NCBI GenBank assembly: GCA_038213805.1
Contig: JBBQSO010000090.1
Location: forward strand, 1 to 20,125
DNA length: 20,125 nt
Direction of reading: 5' to 3'
DNA from: Planctomycetota bacterium
Lineage (GTDB): Bacteria > Planctomycetota > UBA11346
Both the position numbers and the translations under genes were made by a program. Below the pieces are notes generated by a model. That model searched no databases. It had not been told where the DNA came from and saw only the letters and a list, made by a program, of their open reading frames with translations. Shown here one piece after another: positions 9,769-17,123 of this stretch. Numbering within the stretch: the stretch's first letter is position 1; each line of letters opens with the position of its first letter.

Positions 9769-10281
9769 ATGCGCACGCGCCTGATCCTGGCCCTGCTCGG
9801 CACCGCCGCCTGCGCGACGGGCGCCGAACGCCCGCCGTTCTACCTCGATGGCGGCTGGGGCTACCCCGCGCACGGCGACACCCGCGCCGCGACCACGCCG
9901 CACGGCTACCACATCGGCGCCGGCTACGCGGACAACGAGACCGGGCTGGTCGGCTACCCCGCGGTCGACTTCGATTGGACGCACTGTTCCGGCCCGGGCG
10001 AGAACAAGATGGACATCTACAGCATCGACTACGCCGAGCGCGTGCCGATCAGCGACGGGTTCTACGTCGGCGCCGGTCTCGGCACCTACTACGAGAAGGT
10101 CAACATCGTCGATCCCGACGGCACCACGCACGGCGGCAAGGCCCTGCGCATCGGCGGCCGCGCCATGGCCGGCATCGGCATCAACGACATGGTCTTCGTG
10201 GAAGGCACCTACTTCTACAGCGGCAAGATCGGCGGCGTCGAGACCAGCGTGGTCGCGGTGTGCCTTGGCATCTGGTTCTGA
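9769..10281 (+). CDS. Outer-membrane beta-barrel protein (small OmpA-TM/OmpW-like)
   Basis: GGAG RBS, signal peptide, alternating aromatic/Gly strands (FYVGAGLG, VFVEGTYFY), and C-terminal LGIWF BAM signal. Confidence 0.8.
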   Translation: MRTRLILALLGTAACATGAERPPFYLDGGWGYPAHGDTRAATTPHGYHIGAGYADNETGLVGYPAVDFDWTHCSGPGENKMDIYSIDYAERVPISDGFYVGAGLGTYYEKVNIVDPDGTTHGGKALRIGGRAMAGIGINDMVFVEGTYFYSGKIGGVETSVVAVCLGIWF

Positions 10282-10294
10282 GCGGACGGGACCC

Positions 10295-11254
10295 GTGAGC
10301 CAGCCCCAGGGCTTCGACCAGCGCGACGACCAGTCCGACCGCGCGCTGCGGCCGAAGCGCCTGGCCGACTTCACCGGCCAGGTGCCGGTGACGCGCAATC
10401 TCAGCCTGGCGATCCAGGCGGCGCGCCAGCGCAAGGAACAGCTCGACCACGTGCTGCTCTCCGGCCCCCCCGGGCTCGGCAAGACCACGCTCGCGCACAT
10501 CATGGCCGCGGAGATGGGCGCCGAGATCCGCGAGACCGCCGGCCCGCTGATCGAGAAGCCCGGCGACCTCGCCGGCATCCTCTCGTCGCTCAAGCAAGGC
10601 GCGGTGCTGTTCATCGACGAGATCCACAGCCTCAAGCGCGTGGTCGAGGAATACCTCTATTCCGCGATGGAGGATTTCCGCATCACCATCCAGCTCGGCG
10701 AGGGCGCGACCACGCGCGAGGGCCAGCTGTCGGCGCCGTTCCGCTCGCGCTTCGGGATCCGCGAGCGCCTCGACCTGTACTCGCCCGACGAACTCGGCCG
10801 CATCCTGGCGCGCTCCGCGACGCTGCTCGGGGTCGCGGCCGACGCGCCCGGCCTGGCCACCATCGCGCGGCGCAGCCGCGGCACCGCGCGCTACGCCAAC
10901 AACCACCTGCGCCGCATCCGCGACCTCGCCCAGGTCGCGTACGGCAACCGCATCGACGTCGCCGTCGCCGATGAAGGCCTGGCCATGCTCGGCGTCGACC
11001 CCGCTGGCCTCACCGAACTCGACCGCCGCATCCTCGGCTGCCTCGCCACCCACCGCCGCGCCGTCGGCCTCAAGACCGTGGCCGTGACCGTCGGCGAGGA
11101 CGAGGCCACCATCGAGGACATCTACGAGCCCTTCCTGATCCAGAGCGGCTACCTGGTCAAGACGCCGACCGGGCGCCTGCTGACCGTGAAAGCCTATCAG
11201 CACCTCGGCCTCACGCCGCCCGAGGCCGACGAGAACCAGCAGCGCCTGTTCTGA
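10295..11254 (+). CDS. ruvB: Holliday junction branch-migration helicase RuvB, with an in-frame ~17-aa internal deletion
   Basis: LRPKRLADFTGQ, Walker A GPPGLGKTTLA, Walker B LFIDEIH, ATTR sensor 1, RFGI Arg finger, and winged-helix VGLKTVA...TIEDIYEPFLIQ...TPTGR. 319 aa. Confidence 0.95.
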   Translation: MSQPQGFDQRDDQSDRALRPKRLADFTGQVPVTRNLSLAIQAARQRKEQLDHVLLSGPPGLGKTTLAHIMAAEMGAEIRETAGPLIEKPGDLAGILSSLKQGAVLFIDEIHSLKRVVEEYLYSAMEDFRITIQLGEGATTREGQLSAPFRSRFGIRERLDLYSPDELGRILARSATLLGVAADAPGLATIARRSRGTARYANNHLRRIRDLAQVAYGNRIDVAVADEGLAMLGVDPAGLTELDRRILGCLATHRRAVGLKTVAVTVGEDEATIEDIYEPFLIQSGYLVKTPTGRLLTVKAYQHLGLTPPEADENQQRLF

Positions 11255-11375
11255 GCGCGCGTTCCTGCCATTGGCAAGCCCAGTGCGTACCCCTGCCCAG
11301 GGCCTTCCGGCCCCCCGGCAGGCGTGGTGTGCCCCGCCATCCGTGCCGTGAAACCCCGCAGGCGCTGACGTGTCC

Positions 11376-12011
11376 ATGGCCTTTCCCCCTTCCGGTACGC
11401 GTCCCCCGCCCTCGGTCGGCGCCCTGGTGCGCGCGATCAGCGATGAAGCGATCGCCGCCGAAGAGGCGCTGCACGCCATGCCGCAGGCCGTTTTCATGCA
11501 TCTGCCGAAACCCAAGCCGATCATTTGGATCCTGACCATCTTCGCAGGCGGGCTGGCGCTGATCGTCGCCGCCCTGACGTTGACCATGGTGCGGGCCTGG
11601 TACGAGCTGGGACCGGCGATCGCGCAGCGGGAACTGGCCCTGACGCACCCCGCGCCGCCACCCCTGCCGACCGACGCAGGACTGCTCGACGACGAGATCA
11701 CCGCCCTTTACCTGAAGTCCCAACCCACCGCCACCGCGCGGCTGTTCCGCGCCCGCGCCCACGCCCTGCGGGCGCACGGCGACCTCGAGGGCGCGATCGC
11801 CGCTTGGCTGGAGATCAAGGCGCGCGTGGTGCCGTGGAGCGGCGAGGACCGCCTCGGCTTAGCCGAGGCGCTGGCCGCGTGCGGCCACACGGGCGAGGCC
11901 ATCGCCGTGCTGCGCGCCGTGCCACTCGCCATGCAGGCGCCGGAGACGCGCAGTGCGGTGCTGGCGCTGTTGACGCGCTGCCAGCTGACGGCGCGGTCGG
12001 TGGATGGCTGA
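11376..12011 (+). CDS. Hypothetical membrane protein with TPR-like C-terminal helices
   Basis: TM IIWILTIFAGGLALIVAALTLTMV. TPR-like RAHALRAHGDLEGAIAAW and LGLAEALAACGHTGEAIAVLR. Alternative GTG start at 11370. Confidence 0.65.
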   Translation: MAFPPSGTRPPPSVGALVRAISDEAIAAEEALHAMPQAVFMHLPKPKPIIWILTIFAGGLALIVAALTLTMVRAWYELGPAIAQRELALTHPAPPPLPTDAGLLDDEITALYLKSQPTATARLFRARAHALRAHGDLEGAIAAWLEIKARVVPWSGEDRLGLAEALAACGHTGEAIAVLRAVPLAMQAPETRSAVLALLTRCQLTARSVDG

Positions 12012-12083
12012 AATAAGATGGCCAATGGCTGAACGAACGTGTGCGTTCAGGCACGCGTACTAGAGGACCGAAAACCCTAGCGC

Positions 12084-12105
12084 TATAATCGCGTGCTAAG
12101 GAGGT
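12084..12105 (+). promoter_or_regulatory. -10 box and Shine-Dalgarno for IS66 tnpA
   Basis: TATAAT at 12084-12089 and TAAGGAGGT at 12097-12105, before ATG 12109. Confidence 0.55.
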
Positions 12106-12108
12106 CCC

Positions 12109-12492
12109 ATGCAGACCCAGCCGACCAGCGCGAAGCGCGCCCAGAAATTAAACCCCGCCATCCGAGGCCGCGCCCTCATAGATGACTGGCAGCGATCGGG
12201 CCTGTCCCGAAGCGCTTTTGCTCGCGAGCGCCAGGTCGGCGCCCATCTGGTGAGCTATTGGGCAAAGCGAATGGGCGTGTCCAAGCCGCCCTCACCAGCC
12301 GAAGTCACGCCCGCCATCGACTTCATCCAGGTGCCGTTCGTTCCTACGGAATCGGCGATGCCACCGCCCGCGACCGTGAGTCCGTCAATCGAGATCCTTT
12401 TCCCGCGCGGCGTGGTGCTGCGCGTCAGACCCGGCGTCGATGCCGCCTTCTTGCAGACCGTGGTCACCGCCCTGGAACACGTCCGATGCTGA
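12109..12492 (+). CDS. tnpA: IS66 accessory protein TnpA (HTH)
   Basis: WQRSGLSRSAFARE...SYWAKR HTH, FIQV, and IEILFPRGVVLRV...DAAFL. Overlaps the tnpB start. Confidence 0.88.
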   Translation: MQTQPTSAKRAQKLNPAIRGRALIDDWQRSGLSRSAFARERQVGAHLVSYWAKRMGVSKPPSPAEVTPAIDFIQVPFVPTESAMPPPATVSPSIEILFPRGVVLRVRPGVDAAFLQTVVTALEHVRC

Positions 12493-12890
12493 CCTTCGGC
12501 GACACCCGGCGGATCTTCCTGGCGCGCCAATCCACCGACATGCGCAAGGGCTGTGCGTCATTGGCCGCCGTGGTCGAGAATGCCCTTGGCCAAGATCCCT
12601 ATGCCGGCGACATCTTTGTCTTCGTCGGCAAGCATAAGAACCGCGTCAAGATCGTCGCCTGGGATCGCTCAGGCTTCTGGCTGTGTTCGAAACTCTTGGA
12701 GCAAGGCACGTTCGCCGTTCCAAAAGGCGCTGCGGTCGAAAACGGCGCCGGCACCATGCCGCTGTCACCCGCCCAGATCCAGATGCTCCTCGAAGGGATC
12801 GATGTGCACCACGCGACGTACCACGCGCATTACCACCGACCACCAGCCCCGGAACCGGAACTGGTATCGACACCGACGCTCAGCCCATGA
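12486..12890 (+). CDS. tnpB: IS66 accessory protein TnpB
   Basis: TDMRKG...L...DP..GDIFVF...RVKIVAWDRSGFWL..KLLEQGTF...LLEGID signature. Confidence 0.93.
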   Translation: MLTFGDTRRIFLARQSTDMRKGCASLAAVVENALGQDPYAGDIFVFVGKHKNRVKIVAWDRSGFWLCSKLLEQGTFAVPKGAAVENGAGTMPLSPAQIQMLLEGIDVHHATYHAHYHRPPAPEPELVSTPTLSP

Positions 12891-12913
12891 TCAAACGCAC
12901 TCATTTTACCGTG

Positions 12914-12940
12914 TTGACGCTCTTTACGCGCTGGTATAGT
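12914..12940 (+). promoter_or_regulatory. Possible internal extended -10 promoter for tnpC
   Basis: TTGACG (12914-12919), 15 nt, TATAGT (12935-12940) with a TGn extension; 9 nt before ATG 12950. Confidence 0.35.
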
Positions 12941-12949
12941 GGCGTCATC

Positions 12950-14614
12950 ATGTCGATGGCCGAACGAGTGACGACGCTGACCAAGGCCCTGGCGGCAGAA
13001 ATTCTCCGCCGGCAACAGGCTGACGCAGACAACAGCACGCTGCGTGCGCACCTTGCCTCCATTGGTGCCCCAGCTGATTTGGTGATCGAGAATGCCGCGC
13101 TGCGCGCCCAGGTGGCCGACTTCATCGAGAATTTGGAGGTCATGACCTACCGCATGGCCAGGATGACTCGCCGCGTCTTCGGCACCTCGAGCGAGACTCA
13201 CCATCCGGGTCAACAGCACCTCGACGAGATCATGCGCCAGATTCTGGTAGAGACTGAGCTGCGGCCGGATGACTCGACCGCCGCCACGAAGGCGAATGCC
13301 GGTTCGACGACGGCGACCGTTGCACCATCAGCTTCTGATGCGGCGAGGCCGGGACCAGCTAAGCCACGCACCAAGCGCCGCGGCCGGCTCTCCCTCCCCG
13401 ACACGCTGCCGATCGAAGAGCGGTCCATGGAACTTCCTGAGTCCGAGCGCATCGGCCCAGACGGGAAGCCATTGCCGCAGATCGGTACGCGGATCGTCGA
13501 GAAGCTCGACTACTTCCCCGCCTGGTTCCGGCGCCTGCGTTTGATCTATGCCATCTACGGCTCGCCCTTCAGCGATGCGCAGCGGATCTCGGCCGCGCCC
13601 ATGCCCTGCATCGTGCCCAAGGGTCTGCCCACCGACACCACCGTGGCTATGGTCCTGGTGGAGAAGTACGATCTCCACTGCCCATTGTACCGGCAGGAGA
13701 CGAAGCTGGAGCGTGCCGGCATCGATCTTGGCCGTTCCACTCTGATGAACTGGGTGCGGCATGGGGCTACCGCCTTACTGCCCATCCAGGCGGCCATCGG
13801 CCAGTCCATCCGCCAGAGCCCGGTGATCGGGATGGATGACACCTGGATCAGAACACTGGATCCCGGGGCCGGGAAGACGCATCTCTCCCGGCTCTGGGGC
13901 TACTACGCCGACGACGAGTTTTACTGTGACTACCGACGCACCAGAGAGGGGAAGTGGCCCGCCGAGTTCATGCGCGACTACCGGGGCGTTCTCATGGCTG
14001 ACGCGTATTCCGGGCACCATCGGCTCTTTGCCGACGGGCTCATGACACCCGCGGCCTGCATGGCGCATGCCCGGCGGAAGTTCGAGGAGGCATTGGAGGC
14101 CGGTGAGCTGATGGCGTCCCAGGCCCTCGACCACTTCTCGCTGCTCTACCGCATTGAGCGCGAGACCGCTGCACACACCGCGGATCAGCGGCTGCGCCGC
14201 CGCCAAGCAGAGGCGATTCCCATCCTGGATCGATTGGAGAGGCTGGTCATCGCCTGGGAGACTGACCAACGGCACTCGAGCGGTCTCTACGGTGCTGCTC
14301 ACTACACCCGCAAGATCTTTCAGAACCTGCGCACCTATACGACCGACGGGCGGATCCCGATCGACAACAACGATCTGGAGCGTCTCTGGCGTCAGCCCAG
14401 TCTCAACCGGAAGAACTCACTCTTTGTGGGATCTGATCGCGGCGGCACCTGGGCGGCGACGATGTTCAGCATCTGCCAGAGTTGCCGACTCGTTGATCTG
14501 GATCCCTACAAGTACCTGGTCGAGATGTTTGCGCAGCTCCACACCGGGCGGACGGATTTTGCTAACCTGCGGCCCAAGGCGTGGGCGGGACGGTTGGTGG
14601 CACGGACGGCATGA
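12950..14614 (+). CDS. tnpC: IS66 DDE transposase TnpC
   Basis: Leucine zipper plus VFGTSSE, KYDLHCPLYRQ, MDDT, ADAYSGH, CMAHARRKF, PIDNNDLER, RKNSLFVGS, DPYKYL...LRPKAW. Alternative start at 12887 (ATGA overlap with tnpB). Confidence 0.95.
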   Translation: MSMAERVTTLTKALAAEILRRQQADADNSTLRAHLASIGAPADLVIENAALRAQVADFIENLEVMTYRMARMTRRVFGTSSETHHPGQQHLDEIMRQILVETELRPDDSTAATKANAGSTTATVAPSASDAARPGPAKPRTKRRGRLSLPDTLPIEERSMELPESERIGPDGKPLPQIGTRIVEKLDYFPAWFRRLRLIYAIYGSPFSDAQRISAAPMPCIVPKGLPTDTTVAMVLVEKYDLHCPLYRQETKLERAGIDLGRSTLMNWVRHGATALLPIQAAIGQSIRQSPVIGMDDTWIRTLDPGAGKTHLSRLWGYYADDEFYCDYRRTREGKWPAEFMRDYRGVLMADAYSGHHRLFADGLMTPAACMAHARRKFEEALEAGELMASQALDHFSLLYRIERETAAHTADQRLRRRQAEAIPILDRLERLVIAWETDQRHSSGLYGAAHYTRKIFQNLRTYTTDGRIPIDNNDLERLWRQPSLNRKNSLFVGSDRGGTWAATMFSICQSCRLVDLDPYKYLVEMFAQLHTGRTDFANLRPKAWAGRLVARTA

Positions 14615-14895
14615 GGCGGTAGCATGCATGGACGCTCCCAATGCTATTGAGAAATTCGATTAGCTGGGAGATTCCGCGTCGCGCCGCAATTGCCCTCGCA
14701 TCGCAATAGACGCGGGAAAGCAAGTAAGCGTATCCTAATGGATTTCGGCGCATAGCTCCCAGGGAATACATGGCTGACTTGCACGGCTGCTAGAAATCGT
14801 AGTACCAGCCAAGCCACCAGGCTGCATGAGCATCTCCCTCATGTGCCCAACCGACCAGTTTCACGACGATCTGATCATCGCTTGGCTGCCGCGAG

Positions 14896-15102
14896 TCAAT
14901 GAGTGGTATGAGTTCCGAGCGCGGAGGATCGCAGCGTTCTCCAGTCGTCCAATGAGCACACTACACCGTACCATCTCTGTGTGAACAGTTTCCAAGCTTC
15001 ACAAGAATGCTGGGATTCACGCCAGCGAAAGAGGTTTTCGTCAGGCAGGCGAGGATTTCTCACCATGCTTTGTAACGAGGATGGTGATGCTTCGTAAGCC
15101 AT
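14896..15102 (-). CDS. Small hypothetical protein (68 aa)
   Basis: Strong SD AAGGAG, 6 nt, then ATG (MAYEASPSS...). No recognisable motif. Confidence 0.45.
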   Translation of the reverse strand: MAYEASPSSLQSMVRNPRLPDENLFRWRESQHSCEAWKLFTQRWYGVVCSLDDWRTLRSSALGTHTTH

Positions 15103-15217
15103 GGTTTGCTCCTTGCGGCATACATCGCCGTTACCCTCCAATGATATCCGCCCCAAAATGAAATCTACCTGGCATTGCGATTCCAATCTGGATGCGATTG
15201 TTTATGACCGCATCACC

Positions 15218-15742
15218 ATGGCATCAATGGCTTCAGTACTGACCGTCGAGGATCCCGTTTCTGGGCGACGAGTCCGCCTGATGACATCCGACACTGCCGG
15301 GTGGCAGGTCCGCATCACCACTCCGATTTCCGGTGGAAGCATTCGCCTCCAACGCATTCCGCATCACCATCCACGCGATGCCCTGGATTCGTTCCGACGG
15401 ACTCTCACAGAAATGGGCATTACCGATGATACTCGAGCGCTCGACCTGGTCCGTGACTGTCTGAGTGCCTTCCTCCATGGACGACCCGGATTCCGGGCGC
15501 ACTGTCTGGCCCTGCGCCTGCGAATGAATGAAGTCGCCGAACGCATGGCTTCTCAACGCATCGCGCTGGCCCATGGTCTGCGAGCCGTCACTGCTCTGGC
15601 ATTGGAACGTGGCCTCCACCTCGCTGACGGTGCGGACCCTTCGTGGCTCACCCGTCTCATCGCACTCGTGGACTCTGGTGCATCCCATGAGGTCCTCCTG
15701 GAGAACCAGCTCACCCTCATCTTACAGGGGCTCACCATCTAA
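15218..15742 (+). CDS. Hypothetical protein (helical C-terminal half)
   Basis: Open frame of ~174 aa from ATG 15218 (or 15227), divergent from the small minus-strand ORF. No family recognised; start uncertain. Confidence 0.55.
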   Translation: MASMASVLTVEDPVSGRRVRLMTSDTAGWQVRITTPISGGSIRLQRIPHHHPRDALDSFRRTLTEMGITDDTRALDLVRDCLSAFLHGRPGFRAHCLALRLRMNEVAERMASQRIALAHGLRAVTALALERGLHLADGADPSWLTRLIALVDSGASHEVLLENQLTLILQGLTI

Positions 15743-15846
15743 TCGCAGACCCATGGGAATTGGGCCGAGTTGCCTCCACAGCCCCTAAGTAGCCAGGTTG
15801 ACACAGCCAACCGTCGCCAGACCTTAGGGGTCTCATTGGAGCCCCT

Positions 15847-16377
15847 ATGACCATCCGTCACCTGTTCCTCTTCACTTCCCTTGCGCTCTCCCTGGGCCTC
15901 GTCCTCACCGGCTGCGGCAGTGGTGGCGGCGGCGGCAGCGGTTCTGGCACCTCTGGTGGTACGACCACTCCTCCTCCAGCACGCACGGCCGTCAACTGGT
16001 CCGTCCAGAATCCTGACATCACAGGCGCCGTAGTTGGCCATCAGGTCCTGGTTTCGGGAGCCGCAGCCGTCTTGTTTCCTGTCGGATCAACTCCGCCCAC
16101 GGGCCCCATCACCATTTCATTCACCCTGAATGGCTCAGTCCTCCCTCTCACCGAGACCGCAACCTTCACACAGGCATTCGACACTGGACATCAACCCGTC
16201 CCCAACCTGTTTGTTCTCCAGTTTGCGAATCACCCACTTTTCAATGCTGCCTCGACCGGCACCTTCTCACTGAAAATCACCTTTGACTCGACTGGGATTC
16301 TCGACGACTCCCCTACACTCGGTAACCAGCGCTTCACCACCGTCCCGATCGTTGTCGCCCCGGCGGGAACGGTCTGA
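15847..16377 (+). CDS. Lipoprotein with Gly/Ser tether and beta-rich domain
   Basis: GGAG RBS, signal peptide II with lipobox LTG-C, then GSGGGGGSGSGTSGG linker and beta-strand-rich sequence. Confidence 0.8.
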   Translation: MTIRHLFLFTSLALSLGLVLTGCGSGGGGGSGSGTSGGTTTPPPARTAVNWSVQNPDITGAVVGHQVLVSGAAAVLFPVGSTPPTGPITISFTLNGSVLPLTETATFTQAFDTGHQPVPNLFVLQFANHPLFNAASTGTFSLKITFDSTGILDDSPTLGNQRFTTVPIVVAPAGTV

Positions 16378-16384
16378 TTGACCT

Positions 16385-16451
16385 GACAGCGGGTGTTGGC
16401 CGAAAATCCATAGTGGATTCGATCACCACCGCGCGGGCCACGCCCGCTGTC
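16385..16451. other. Long inverted repeat / stem-loop between convergent genes (possible bidirectional terminator or processing structure)
   Basis: GACAGCGGGTGTTGGCC pairs with GGCCACGCCCGCTGTC; an inner AATCCA-TAG-TGGATT hairpin is present; no clear U-tract. Confidence 0.5.
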
Positions 16452-16524
16452 TTCGCTCTAATGCACTTGAGCCTCATTTTTCCGCGCAGACCAATAGGTG
16501 AATTCTAACGAAAGCATCCCCCTG

Positions 16525-17022
16525 TCATTGGATGTCGTCGAGCGGATTCCCCGACGCCAGGTCAATCAGTTGCCAGCGGAAGCGGGTGCCGTGGTCGAAT
16601 ATCGTCACGCGCACACCTGACGTGCGGATAGTAAGACTGAGATTGGGATCCGCAGCTGGCGCAGCATCTACCAGGACCGGTCGCGCCCATTCGAGGGTGA
16701 CCGTATCCCGATTAGCCTTCGCCGACGTCGGCTTCCCAAGCAGGCGAATCGCATTGCGGTGATTCAGGAGAGGATACGCCAGGAAGGCGCTGAACTCCGA
16801 CCGGTGGAAGCACCCCTGAATGGCTGGCGCCGGCACGGTTGGATTCCCAGGGGGGAGCATGATGGGCGATGGGTCACCCTGTCCGATGGTCATCCACCAC
16901 GCCGGCTGGCCGACATCCGCAAGCCACCGCGCACGATCTCCCCCGAATGGATCCACTGCCTCCGCTGCAGACATCGAGGAAACGCATCCCGCGATCACAA
17001 GAAGAATTGCAGTTATATTCAT
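16525..17022 (-). CDS. Putative secreted hypothetical protein
   Basis: GGAG RBS, signal peptide MNITAILLVIAGCVSSMSA, and an LLGKP motif loosely reminiscent of SmpA/BLIP-like folds. Confidence 0.6.
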   Translation of the reverse strand: MNITAILLVIAGCVSSMSAAEAVDPFGGDRARWLADVGQPAWWMTIGQGDPSPIMLPPGNPTVPAPAIQGCFHRSEFSAFLAYPLLNHRNAIRLLGKPTSAKANRDTVTLEWARPVLVDAAPAADPNLSLTIRTSGVRVTIFDHGTRFRWQLIDLASGNPLDDIQ

Positions 17023-17123
17023 GCGCGTCTCCAGGTTTCCACTGTCTCGGATGATGGATAGATCGCTGCCCGTCGCAGGACTCGCTAGGATTCATGTAAC
17101 CTATCGCCACGCTTCGTTTGTGC

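Larger units (their letters stand above)
12039..14639 (+). mobile_element. IS66-family insertion sequence (tnpA-tnpB-tnpC)
   Basis: Canonical three-ORF order. Imperfect terminal inverted repeats: left GTGTGCGTTCAGGCACGC, right (reverse complement) GGGAGCGTCCATGCATGC, 13/18 identical. Ends are approximate and no 8-bp TSD is present. Confidence 0.85.

Noticed and set aside
8538..11701. Minus-strand ORFs 8538..9743, 9697..10635 and 10181..11701, and the 9848 extension of ruvB
   Set aside because: Shadow or alternative frames of the zinc-ribbon, OMP and ruvB genes.
12486..12890. TnpB as an RNA-guided IS200/IS605 nuclease
   Set aside because: It is the unrelated 134-aa IS66 accessory protein (DMRKG motif), with no RuvC domain.
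14724..14732. GTAAGCGTA resembling a canonical IS66 terminus
   Set aside because: No partner inverted repeat or transposase remnant follows; a 9-mer match is plausible by chance.
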